Of a stretch of 64,000 nt of DNA, positions 10,055 to 20,200 are shown piece after piece (within the stretch, counting starts at the first letter, position 1; each line of letters begins with the position of its first letter). The DNA lies in contig CBDDDZ010000005.1 of NCBI GenBank assembly GCA_965226795.1, positions 96,001-160,000 of the forward strand, in the 5' to 3' direction. The position numbers were made by a program, and so were the translations under genes. Below the pieces are notes generated by a model, which was not told the origin of the DNA, did no database searches, and was given only the letters and a program-made list of their open reading frames with translations. Source of the DNA: Candidatus Latescibacterota bacterium. Lineage in GTDB: Bacteria; Latescibacterota; UBA2968; GCA-2709665.

Positions 10055-11353
10055 TTAATCCGCGGGGATCATTTCCGGCGCTTTTTGCGCGAAGGCCTCG
10101 ATAGGCGGGAGGTTGCGGTCGGGGCCGAGTTCGAGTTGGCGGGGGCCGACCAGGATGTCCAGGTTGTCCTGCATTTCGGCCATGTCCAGGTAGGCGGTTG
10201 AGGCTTCCACTTCACCCAGGTCCAGCGTGTTTTTGATCCACAGCACCCGGGCGTCCGACGCCTCGATGAGTCCGACGGATTCGAGTGCGATGTGCAGGAC
10301 TTCCTCGTCGGTGGGAAAATGCATGGGGATGGCCGCCGCCGGGGGGTGCTGTCCGGTAATGGCGTTGATGTTCGTCGCGTGGTAGTCTATTTTCTCGACG
10401 AGCCGGTCTGTGGTAAATTCGGCCATACCGATTCCCACGGCGTTGCCGTGGGTTTTTTCTGTGAGATCCCGGACGAAGAGCCGCAGGACGCGGGGGGTGT
10501 CTCCGTCCATCGCTCTGCGTTCGTTGCGTTTACGCCCCACCACGTTGGTATCGATGCCGGAGCCGCTGATGTCTTTACCCATCTCGTCGATTATCAGCAG
10601 GTCCACGTCGTCGAAGGGCAGTCGGGGACACCAGGCCTTGGCTTTGACCAAAAGGTCCTTTTCCGCGTTTTCGAAGTCCGGCGCGGGAACGGCGGCAACC
10701 TCCGCCGTTTCGTCATAGCCGTTTTCGAGCAGGGCGATGCCGAATGCTATCGGCATTTTTTCCCTGACTGTCTTCCCAACGACGCGAACGATCTTGTCGA
10801 AGGAATGGTGGATAATTGCCCGGTGATAGATGGTGGCGCCTTTGTGCTTGCCCAGGCCGATGAGCATCATTTTCATCAGGCCGCTTTCGATCTCGCCGAT
10901 GAAGCCGGTGTGGGGTTTGACGCGGTTGACAACGACCACATGGTCGGCTTCGGACGCGCATCTGTCGAAATAGACGGGCATGCCGAAATCGGTAACGTCG
11001 ATTTCAATAACGTCCATGGAGGATCTGATGGGGGCGCCGACCGCTTCTTCGGTAATTCCGTACCCCGCCAGAATCTCCGCCTGACCCTCCGCTGTGCCCC
11101 CGCCGTGGCTGCCCATCGCAGGAACAATAAAAGGTCTGGCGCCAAGCGCGACCATCTCTTCGACGAGCGTAGCGATGACCGTGTCCAGGTTGGCGATGCC
11201 CCGGGATCCCGCGGCGATCGCTACGGTGTGCCCGGGCCTGATGGTTTCGCCGGGGTTGAGATTCCGGATTTCGCGCCGCGTGGCGCCCGGAATATCGTCA
11301 ACGCGCGGCGCGTCGAAGCGCTGGCGAATCCGAAACATGTGGGGGTATTGCAT
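10055..11353 (-). CDS. LarA-like / DUF2088 protein (nickel-pincer-dependent isomerase superfamily)
   Basis: VAIAAGSRGI, PAMGSHGGGTAEGQ, NRVKPHT, ESGLMKM..IGLGKHKGA, MGKDISGSGIDTNVVGR. Confidence 0.7.
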   Translation of the reverse strand: MQYPHMFRIRQRFDAPRVDDIPGATRREIRNLNPGETIRPGHTVAIAAGSRGIANLDTVIATLVEEMVALGARPFIVPAMGSHGGGTAEGQAEILAGYGITEEAVGAPIRSSMDVIEIDVTDFGMPVYFDRCASEADHVVVVNRVKPHTGFIGEIESGLMKMMLIGLGKHKGATIYHRAIIHHSFDKIVRVVGKTVREKMPIAFGIALLENGYDETAEVAAVPAPDFENAEKDLLVKAKAWCPRLPFDDVDLLIIDEMGKDISGSGIDTNVVGRKRNERRAMDGDTPRVLRLFVRDLTEKTHGNAVGIGMAEFTTDRLVEKIDYHATNINAITGQHPPAAAIPMHFPTDEEVLHIALESVGLIEASDARVLWIKNTLDLGEVEASTAYLDMAEMQDNLDILVGPRQLELGPDRNLPPIEAFAQKAPEMIPAD

Positions 11354-11440
11354 AGGAGGCCTCCGGAGTTATAAAACGCAAGTCGGGAATTGGGTCTCGC
11401 ATAAAGGGCGGTACCGCTGGCGATCGGATGCGATGGAAAT

Positions 11441-12598
11441 TCACATGGCGGCTTCGTACAGCGCAATGATGTCCTTGAGTGTGGTATGACGCGGGTTGAT
11501 CTGGATATTTCCGCTTTTCATCGCATCTTCCGCCAGGACGGAAAGACCTTCGGGTTCGACGCCGACTTCGGTAAGGGTATCGGGTATGCCGATTTCCGCC
11601 GACATCAATTTCACGGCTTCCACGGCAACGTCGGCGGCTTCAACGGACGACAGGCCTTCGATGTTCTCATCCATTGCAACGGCGATATCGGCGAATCGTT
11701 CCGGACACGCGACTTTGTTGTAGTCCATTACCCGTGTGAGGAGGATGGCGTTGGCGACGCCGTGAGGGACCCCGTAGTGGCCGCCCACGGCATGGGACAT
11801 GGCGTGTACGTTGCCAAGGCGCGTCTGCGAGAAGGCGATGCCCGCCATATTGCTGGCGAGCAACATCTGCTCGGTGGCCCTGTAATTGTGGTGGCTTGCC
11901 GCGGCCTGCCTCAGGTTCCGCACGATAAGCCGGATGGCGTGCAGCGCCAGGCCGTCGGATATGGGGTTGGAGGCAAGGGCTACGTAGGATTCCACCGCAT
12001 GGGTGAGCGCGTCCATCCCGGTGGCGGCGGCGATGGGCATGGGCAGGGCGACGGCCGCATTGGCATCGAGGATGCCGACGTCGGGAATCACGTGCGGGCC
12101 AGCCACAGACACTTTGAAGTGGTTGTTGTCCGTGACGACGGCGAACGGGGTGACTTCGCTGGCGGTGCCGTAGGTGGTGGGAACGCACAGCAGGTAGGGC
12201 ACCCGTTTCCGGTTTCGAAGCAGGCCGAAGTGGTCTTCGATCCTTCCCCCGTTGGCAGCCAGCACCCCCGCGCACTTAGCGGTGTCCATTGAGGAACCGC
12301 CGCCGATGGCCAGCAACCAGTCGCAGCCTTCTGCCTCGTACAGATCGAAACAGGACTGAACAACGCGGACCGGAGGATTTTCTTCCACACCGTCGTAAAC
12401 CACAAAAGGGATGCCGGCAGACTCCAGGACATCGGTGGTCTGCTGCGCTACGCCGGCTTTGACCAGGCCCTTGTCGGTAACGACGAGGGCCTTTCTCTCG
12501 GGGCGTTCGGAAAGAAGCTGCGGGATTTCGGCGACGCTTCCGCGGCCGACAATAAGGCGGGTGGGAGAATGGAAGGTGAAGCTGTTCTGATCCGTCAC
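11441..12598 (-). CDS. Iron-containing alcohol dehydrogenase
   Basis: GGGSSMDTAK, PTTYGTASEVT, GMDALTHAVESY, HAMSH...PHGVANA. Confidence 0.93.
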   Translation of the reverse strand: MTDQNSFTFHSPTRLIVGRGSVAEIPQLLSERPERKALVVTDKGLVKAGVAQQTTDVLESAGIPFVVYDGVEENPPVRVVQSCFDLYEAEGCDWLLAIGGGSSMDTAKCAGVLAANGGRIEDHFGLLRNRKRVPYLLCVPTTYGTASEVTPFAVVTDNNHFKVSVAGPHVIPDVGILDANAAVALPMPIAAATGMDALTHAVESYVALASNPISDGLALHAIRLIVRNLRQAAASHHNYRATEQMLLASNMAGIAFSQTRLGNVHAMSHAVGGHYGVPHGVANAILLTRVMDYNKVACPERFADIAVAMDENIEGLSSVEAADVAVEAVKLMSAEIGIPDTLTEVGVEPEGLSVLAEDAMKSGNIQINPRHTTLKDIIALYEAAM

Positions 12599-12718
12599 GA
12601 TACGCGCTCCTGAAATGACGTTAAGTGCCGGGGATATCGATCCACAATTTAGGCGCTACTTTAAACGCGCACAAGGAGATTCGGAGATCAGTCGTCCACG
12701 CGACATCAGGGGAGCCGT

Positions 12719-13732
12719 TCAGAAAACTTTGCCGATTTCATCCCGGTCGAACTCCGGGAGGTCGTTCCAGCGGTCGTGTACGCGGAGCTTGATTCCGAAT
12801 TCGGGTGATTCCACGCGGCCGATGATCTCGCAGGGGATGCCCGCGGTTCGGATGGCATTGCGAACCCGCTCGGTGTCTGCCGGCGCCAGGCCGATCAGCA
12901 GCGCGCCGGAGGAGATGACGCCGAGCGGATCGAGTTGGAAGGCGTCGCAGAGGAGTCGTGTTTCGTCCGAGGCGAAAAGCGCCTCCGCATCTACGGAAAG
13001 CCCGCAGTTTGAAGCCACGGCGAGTTCCCGCAGCGCAGTGGCGACACCGCCTTCGGTGGGGTCGTGCATCGCGTGTACCGAAGCGGTTTCGCAGGCGATG
13101 CGAGCCTCTTTAAGAATACTGATTCCCGGGTCGCGAAGGTATCCGCGTGCCTTCTCGAGCAGGTCGGGATCGAATCCCCGGACGCGCAGTTCTGCTTCTT
13201 TCTCCCTGGCCAGGATGGCGGTGGCTTCGACCCCCAACCCCTTGGACAGCAGAATGCTGTCGCCTGCTTGCAGTCCACTCGACCGAACAAGGTCTTTGCG
13301 CGAGACTTCGCCCAGCATCTGACCAACGACAATCGGTCGGTCCAGACCTGCGGTGATTTCGGTATGGCCGCCGCAGAGAGTAACGCCGATCTCACGTGTT
13401 GCGCGGCGGAGCGAGTCGAAGATGGTTCGAACAAGCGTTTCGTGCGTCTGGCTCTCGGGCAGCAGCAGCGTGGCCAGGAACCAGCGGGGAACGGCGCCCA
13501 TTGTGGCGACGTCGTTGGCGTTGACGTGGACCGCGTAGTGGCCGATTTCGTCCGTCGCGAAGGTTATCGGGTCCGTCTTGACCACCAGGCAGGTCTTGCC
13601 GAAGTCGATGACGGCGGCGTCCTCGCCCACCTCCGGACCCACCAGAACGCGTTCGTCCTCTGCTGTGCAATCGCGCAGCAGGCCGGAGAGCATATCCAGC
13701 GGGAGTTTGCCCGGTGGCAGGAAGGTACACAT
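12719..13732 (-). CDS. AIR synthase/HypE-like family protein
   Basis: GKLP, VGEDAAV, TDPIT, VNANDVATMG, GGHTE, MHDPTEGG; start moved to the ATG at 13732. Confidence 0.85.
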   Translation of the reverse strand: MCTFLPPGKLPLDMLSGLLRDCTAEDERVLVGPEVGEDAAVIDFGKTCLVVKTDPITFATDEIGHYAVHVNANDVATMGAVPRWFLATLLLPESQTHETLVRTIFDSLRRATREIGVTLCGGHTEITAGLDRPIVVGQMLGEVSRKDLVRSSGLQAGDSILLSKGLGVEATAILAREKEAELRVRGFDPDLLEKARGYLRDPGISILKEARIACETASVHAMHDPTEGGVATALRELAVASNCGLSVDAEALFASDETRLLCDAFQLDPLGVISSGALLIGLAPADTERVRNAIRTAGIPCEIIGRVESPEFGIKLRVHDRWNDLPEFDRDEIGKVF

Positions 13733-13886
13733 ATTCGTGAGTTGATTTGCGATGCAAGGGAACAGGGGGCTCACTGCCCCTGGAATTTACGATAGCCCAA
13801 TTCCAGGGGGTTGTCAACCATTTTGCGCGCTCATTTCGCGATCCTCCCCGGCCGGGCGGCAGACACGCCCAACGGATTTTTCTTCA

Positions 13887-14981
13887 TTATGAGCCCGTCG
13901 CCCCTTTGCGGGTGGGGCGGGGTCGACGTTCGAAAAAGGACCGGAGTTCCGTCGTGCGGGGATCGGCGCTGAGGGGCGTTGCGAGGATTTGTCGAAGTTG
14001 CTCCAGGCGCGCCTCCGGGTTCCGCCAGCTATTCAGCAGCGGATGATGGGGATCCGGCAGGGCCTGGAGGAGAGATTGCGCGGCCAGGAGGTGGAATATA
14101 AAGTGGTGGCCGTCCAGCAGGGCAGAGATATCCGTCCCTGACTCAGCACGGTATTCCGACGCCAGGGCGGCATAACTTGCGGTCAGAGCAGGTGTCAACG
14201 CGCTGTACGTCCGGCCGTCCGGCCGTCCGGCGCCGTGCGAGGTTGTGTACTGGGTCAGCCGACGTTCGGGCCAATCCCAGCCGATCTTTGAGAATTCGAT
14301 GAAACGGAGGGATTGCGTGACCGGGTTGATGACGATGTTGCGGGCCTGGTAGTCGATCGGACCGGGCAGCGGTGCCGCCCGTTCGAGGAATCGGAGAAGC
14401 TCGGTGAGCGCATTGCAGATTGTGGTGGAGCGCTTGCGGATCGCGGCCCTCGACAGCTTTTCAGTGAGACGCGGCAGGGCCCCGACAAGAGGTCGGGTGG
14501 TTCGTCGCCAGGTCCGCCGCAGATCCTGCGGGTAGCAGCCCGGAAAGGTTCGAGGGGCGAAAACGTCGTCCTGTACGTGAAAGACGGATTGAATTCGGGA
14601 AAAACCCTCCACGGCGAGACTGCAGTAGACTTCCGCGACGCCATCCTGACAGACGTCGTCGAGCGTGTGGTCGCCGCACCATTCAAAAAAGACCAGGTCG
14701 TGGTCATTATCGGCGGCATAAAGCCTGGGGAGGGGTCCGTCGGACAGGCGCGCGTGGACGAGCTGTTCAACGGCCAGCAGGTCGTGGGGTTTGCCGCGTG
14801 CCAGGGGAGCGAATACGTGGTGTTTGGCGACGAGGAGTGAGCCGTTCGCGAGCGTCACTTGCCAGACGTTCGGGTGGCGGGGAATGGACCGGATCTCCGT
14901 CACCGAGAACGCACCGGGAACGGTGGCGGGAGCGATACGCCGGACGGCCGCGATCGTCGAATCGTTGGAAGGAACACGCAT
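13887..14981 (-). CDS. Aminoglycoside/choline phosphotransferase-like (APH fold) protein
   Basis: LLVAKH lysine motif, PRLYAAD, DYQARNIV catalytic-loop-like segment, FIEF in place of the usual IDF. Confidence 0.5.
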   Translation of the reverse strand: MRVPSNDSTIAAVRRIAPATVPGAFSVTEIRSIPRHPNVWQVTLANGSLLVAKHHVFAPLARGKPHDLLAVEQLVHARLSDGPLPRLYAADNDHDLVFFEWCGDHTLDDVCQDGVAEVYCSLAVEGFSRIQSVFHVQDDVFAPRTFPGCYPQDLRRTWRRTTRPLVGALPRLTEKLSRAAIRKRSTTICNALTELLRFLERAAPLPGPIDYQARNIVINPVTQSLRFIEFSKIGWDWPERRLTQYTTSHGAGRPDGRTYSALTPALTASYAALASEYRAESGTDISALLDGHHFIFHLLAAQSLLQALPDPHHPLLNSWRNPEARLEQLRQILATPLSADPRTTELRSFFERRPRPTRKGATGS

Positions 14982-14998
14982 GGAACGTTGAGGACGCC

Positions 14999-16270
14999 TT
15001 ACTTCTGCCGGGTCTTCCTCTTTCGCAGGGTGAGAAATTCCGGTGCTTCTCGAACACAGGAAACGAGGATGCCAAGGGAACGCCTGAAGGCGGCGAACCC
15101 GGTGCGGCGGATCTCGGCGGCGGTATCTCCCACGCTCTCAAATCCGTCTTCCGAGGGGGCCAGGCCCTCCCAGTTTCCGAAGAGCCGGCCCCATTCGCTT
15201 TCGAGAACTTCCCGCATCCGTTTCCTGGCGAAAAACGGATACCAGAAGCTGTCGTGGTAGAGAACGCTGGCGAGATAGGACCAGGGCGCCAGGAAGGTCT
15301 TGAGAGACCACTCGACGGGCTTTTTGAGAGGCCCCCAGTAGATTTTATGCTGCATTCGGGAGGCAAAGGTCATTTTGCGGAATGGACCTTCGAATTGCCA
15401 GTTTTCTTCGGCCGCAGCCGTATCCCCCACAATCTGAATCCGGCGCGGGTCGCCACAACCCAGGCCTCGTTCGTGGGCAAGGCGGATGTATTTGATGGAA
15501 AGCGGATCCATTCCCATCATTTTAGCGGCCACCGCATCGATGGCCACCTGGTCTGCGCCAGCGAGAATAACGTTTTTAACAAAGGGAATCATGCACCGCG
15601 GGCCGGGTCCGTCTCCGGCAAAGGTGCCGTCCATCACGGCAAATACACCGGGATGGATTTTTTTCTGGATCATCAACAGGTCCACAAGGGTCTCGTGGAT
15701 GACCGGATGGGTCCAGTGACGCCGTTCGTTGAGGAGACCGCCGAAGGCGTTTTTCATGGCCCCGGTTGTCGTGGTAAATACGTGGGTCTTTACCGTGGGC
15801 AGATGGACGATGTTCTCCCCGATCAGGCGTCGGGGAATGTGAAAGCCCTCCGGGTAGACCTGGTTCAGGCACAGGAACTCGTCTGCGAGATCGCCCACCG
15901 CATCCCGGATGTGGATCCATTCCTCGCCTTCGTAGAGGTGGATATTCCGCAGGCCGTGGGTGTTTACCACGTGGACCTGTTTGTTCTCGCGCTCGCCCAG
16001 GCGGGCATCGATGACGACCGTGCGGTTGTGGCAGGCATGGATCAGGTCCTTGCGATAACCGTCCTTTGCCATGGCCCGGATCACGCCTTCGAGTTGCCAT
16101 GGGGTCGTGGAACTACCGGGGTAAAAGAAATGCCAGGAGATATTGACCTTAAGCGCGGTGTCGAGCCCCTTGTCCAGGACGTCCTGGTACCCCGCCAGGT
16201 TCATGAGCCTGTGATAGTCTCTCAGGACGGTTCCAGGTCTGGTTTTTAAGACGGCAACCCGGCTCTGCAT
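14999..16270 (-). CDS. DUF362 domain protein
   Basis: LKVNISW, LPTVKTH...TTGAMKNAFG, DGTFAGDGPGP, DQVAIDAVAAKMMG. Confidence 0.85.
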   Translation of the reverse strand: MQSRVAVLKTRPGTVLRDYHRLMNLAGYQDVLDKGLDTALKVNISWHFFYPGSSTTPWQLEGVIRAMAKDGYRKDLIHACHNRTVVIDARLGERENKQVHVVNTHGLRNIHLYEGEEWIHIRDAVGDLADEFLCLNQVYPEGFHIPRRLIGENIVHLPTVKTHVFTTTTGAMKNAFGGLLNERRHWTHPVIHETLVDLLMIQKKIHPGVFAVMDGTFAGDGPGPRCMIPFVKNVILAGADQVAIDAVAAKMMGMDPLSIKYIRLAHERGLGCGDPRRIQIVGDTAAAEENWQFEGPFRKMTFASRMQHKIYWGPLKKPVEWSLKTFLAPWSYLASVLYHDSFWYPFFARKRMREVLESEWGRLFGNWEGLAPSEDGFESVGDTAAEIRRTGFAAFRRSLGILVSCVREAPEFLTLRKRKTRQK

Positions 16271-16332
16271 ATCGAGTATTCTCCGGTGGTGGCGGGGAGG
16301 CGGTAAGGCAGGTAAAGGTCGAACGGCCCCCG

Positions 16333-17202
16333 TTACTTGAAATAAAGCAGGGCGATAACGGCGAGAAACCAGAGGCCGCCGTTGATGAGCAGCGATGGAT
16401 CACCCATAATGGTGGAGGATGGATTGCCGCCCTGGTTCTTGGCGTAGACCAGATAGAGGTAACGTAGAAGCCCGTAAATCACGAAGGGTATGGTGAGGTT
16501 GAGATGCGGTGTTCCGAGTTTCTGTGCGACGTCGGGCGACATGGTGTACAGCGCGTATGAAACGAGAGCGCCGGCGGTGACGACGGCGATCATCTGATCC
16601 AGAAACTGCGGCGTGTATTCATCCAGAATCCGTCGATGGCCGGCAGCACCGGATTCGAGGAGGATCAATTCCTGCCGGCGTTTGACAAACCCCATAAAAA
16701 GCGCCAGCAATACCGTGCATAGAATGAGCCACGAGGAGATTTCCACGTGGATGACGAGGGCACCGGCAATGGCCCGCAACAGGTATCCGGAGGCGATGAT
16801 CATCACGTCCAGGATGACGACATGTTTGAGAAAGAGTGAATAGGCGACGTTCATCAGCCCATAAGCCAGCAGAATACACCCGAAGGGGATACTCAGCAGA
16901 AAGGCCAGCGGGAAGATCGAAAGCGCGATAACGATGGAAGCAGTCCCCGCGGCGCCGGGGCTCAGCCGACCCGCGGCAACCGGCCGGTTGCGCTTTTCGG
17001 GATGCCGACGATCGGATTCGATGTCTCGAATGTCGTTCAGAAGGTAAACGGAGCTCGAGATAAGACAGAAGAGAAGGAATGCGCCGCCGCTACGCAAGAG
17101 GTAGCGTCCGTCGAGCAGGTGTTCCGAAAAGACCAGCGGTGCCAGCACGAACACGCTCTTTATCCACTGGTGCGGCCGCAGGGATTGTATGAGTGGACGC
17201 AT
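16333..17202 (-). CDS. UbiA-family prenyltransferase (decaprenyl-phosphate phosphoribosyltransferase-like)
   Basis: LRPHQWIK, YLLNDIRDIESDRRHPEKRNRPVAAG, KRRQEL; multiple transmembrane segments. Confidence 0.88.
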   Translation of the reverse strand: MRPLIQSLRPHQWIKSVFVLAPLVFSEHLLDGRYLLRSGGAFLLFCLISSSVYLLNDIRDIESDRRHPEKRNRPVAAGRLSPGAAGTASIVIALSIFPLAFLLSIPFGCILLAYGLMNVAYSLFLKHVVILDVMIIASGYLLRAIAGALVIHVEISSWLILCTVLLALFMGFVKRRQELILLESGAAGHRRILDEYTPQFLDQMIAVVTAGALVSYALYTMSPDVAQKLGTPHLNLTIPFVIYGLLRYLYLVYAKNQGGNPSSTIMGDPSLLINGGLWFLAVIALLYFK

Positions 17203-17282
17203 ATGGGTGGGGGCTCAGATGTCGGAATGCAGGGATTGAAGCCCGGGCGAACGCACCCCGGACTTCGATCCAGCCACAAATG

Positions 17283-20200
17283 TCAGATTGTCAACCCGAA
17301 GTAGATGCGGCTTTTGTCTATGTCGACGCCCTGAATGCGGTGGCGGGTGGGAAAGGCAATCTGGAAATAGCCGTACATGGGAAGTCTGTAGTTGTTGAAC
17401 ACCTGCATACGGAGTTCGAAGCCCCAGTCGGTCAGGAAGGCGGAGCGTTTGAACCTGTCGTCGGAATCGAGAAGCGCGCGCAGGCTTTCGAAATTGCCGG
17501 TGGCGCCGGTTTCCACGAAGACCGTGCCGTAGATTTTATCGAAATGGAAGGGCGGCAGTTCTTTCGCCGCATTCTTGAATATCGGGAAAGTCAGGCTGGC
17601 CCTCGCAAGCAGGGCTTTGCCACCAGAACTCGAAAAATAAGGATAGCCTCTGAGGGTGCCAATGCCTCCCAGATAGTACCGTAGGGGATAGTAGAATACG
17701 CCTTCCGCGGACGTGGTGTTCTCCTGGACGTCCTTTATGGGTTTGTCCTTGTACGCGACGAATGCCTGCAGGGCGAGGGTAGAACGGCCGGGCAGGCCGA
17801 TGAATTCATTCCACGACACGATGTACTCGTTGATACCCAGCTTGGTCTGATCGGACCGGAAAGTCGGGGCGGCAACGCCGTCCGGATTTAACTGGGTCTC
17901 GAAGAGCGAGTCGGCAACGGTGGCGTTGATGCGCCTGTATCTCAACGTGATCGCCCTGCCCCGGGACGGGTTCACGAACGTATCTTTTGCGGGCAGGAAA
18001 TTGAGGTATCGCCATCCGACGGCGAGGTCGTTGCTCTTGAAAAAGCTGAGATCCCGGTAGAGGAAATCGTCGAATACAACCTCATCTTCGCCCAGGCCGG
18101 GAATCTGGTCGGTTATGTCGGTTATCTCGCCGTTCCTGTTCTGAACCAGCCGCGTGCTGTCCAGTATGACCTGTTCGATGTGGGTGCTCTCCTGGTACCG
18201 GCGATGTCCGTAGGACAGGGAGAGCACCTGTCGCCGTCCCACGCTCGTCTCGACGCCGACCACGAAATCTTTAAACAGGTTCTTGTACCTGTCTTCCTCG
18301 GTGAGCGAGAGGTTGGTGAAATTGGTGACCCCCGGCACCAACCGGAGTGTGTCGTCGATCACGATCTGCAACGTCCCCGAGGTCGTGTCCCGACGGGAGT
18401 TCACGATTCCCCGATCGATCAGGCTGTTGATGGTCTGTTGGCTGGCGCCGATGTAAATCCTCGGGGCGTATGTCCGGTCTTCGGTGTGAACGGCGGGCAG
18501 GCCTTTTGTATAGAACGCGGAAAAATTGGAGTTGAGATCCACGCCTTTCTTCAGGTTCTTGCCGACGGTGAAGCCGGCGTAGATATTGTCGCTGCCCAGG
18601 AGGTCTCCCCATGCGGCTTCGGCGCCCGCGCTGAGCTGATCGAGGCCAAACCGATTGCCGATAAAGGTCGGTCCCAGAACGACTATGGGCACGACGCCGA
18701 TGGAGGTCAGACGAGGGGTGTACCGGCCGGTATTGAACAGGTCGCCGATTTTTTTGCCTTTATATATGCTGCTATAGTCCCGCGTCAGGGAATCGGCCGG
18801 CGCAGCCGCCACGGCGTCGGACTTCCGGATGCTGTAGATGTTGTAATTTGCGGCTTGGTACCCGGAATACAGGATTTCGTCGCCCCGGGGTGAAACCGAG
18901 GGCGAGAAGGCGCCGCCGATGACATTCGTGAGTTGCTCCTGCCTGCCGGTTGCGAGGTCAAACGCGTAGACATTGAAGATTCCTGTCCGGTCGGACGCGT
19001 ACAGAATACCGCCGCCGCCGGGAAGCCATACCGGGTCCCGTTCATCGGCGGTGGTGTTGATAATCACCTCGAAGCCAGCGTTGTTGGCGAAGGCCAGGCT
19101 GTCGGGGAAGGCGACCATGCTGTCTCGCAGGGCGGCTTCCGCCAGGGCGAGGCTGTCCGCCTCCGCCTGGGCGCTGTCGACCTCGGTTTCGGCCTTCTTC
19201 CGGGCAGCGATGCGCTCTGCCAACTCGATTTTTTCGGTCTTCTTCTTATCGGTTTTCTTGGGGCGTGGCGTGGCGTCCGCATTGATGACGGCAATGTCCC
19301 GGTCTTCCCCGCGGAAGATGCTGAAAAGAAGTCTGCTGGCGTCTTCCGACCACCGGGGCGTGTAATATTGCGTGCCGTTGTTGTTGTTGGTCAGATAGCG
19401 AACCTCTGTGCCGTCGATGTTCAGGATACCCAGGTTGGAGGTCCCGTCCCGATTGCCCACGAAGGCGATCTTCGTGCCGTCGGGAGACACCGCGGGGTCT
19501 CTTCCTCTCAGGCCGACGGTGAGCCGCCGTTCCTTTCGCGCGATGAGATCGTAGACAAAGATGTCCCAGTTTCCCCCTACGGATTTGCTATATACCAGGC
19601 TGTTTCCGTCGGGTGTCCAGGAGAAGGGCAGGTTGACGTATTTCCCGTATTTCCGGCTTCTGGCCACCTTCGTCAATTTTCGCGTGGTCAGATCCATCAC
19701 CAGCATTTCCATGATGGCGTAATCGCTGCCCTCATTGCTGATGAAGGCCATTTTCGTGCCGTCGGGTGAGAAGGTGGGGAAATGTTCCACGTCGCCCCGG
19801 TCTGTGAGCAGTTCGCCCTCGCGCTGTCCGGACGCGCGGATGGAATCGGCCATGGCGCCGTATCTGCGATCGAGATGCTCGGTCCATTCGTCGTAAAGCC
19901 TGGGAGCGGAAATGCCCGTGCTCTTCTTGACGGCGGATTTGAAGTTGACAATGGGCCGATCCCGGGACATGGCGCGTACCGAGTCCGGACCGTAGGTTTC
20001 GGCCAGATAGTTCAGGAAGGCATAACCCTGGTTGTAGACCTGTTCCGACTTGAAGCCGTCTTTCCCGAACACGCCCATGTCCGTATAGGAAAGCAGGTCG
20101 TTTTCGAGCGTGGCCATCCGAAGGATCATATCCCGGTGGGTATCCCAGCGGTCGTCTCCGTACTTTCCGGCTTCAAACTGGGCGATGCCTTCGGCGAACC

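Noticed and set aside
12719..13732. Hydrogenase maturation (hypE) locus
   Set aside because: No other hyp or hydrogenase genes, and the C-terminal PRIC motif of true HypE is absent.
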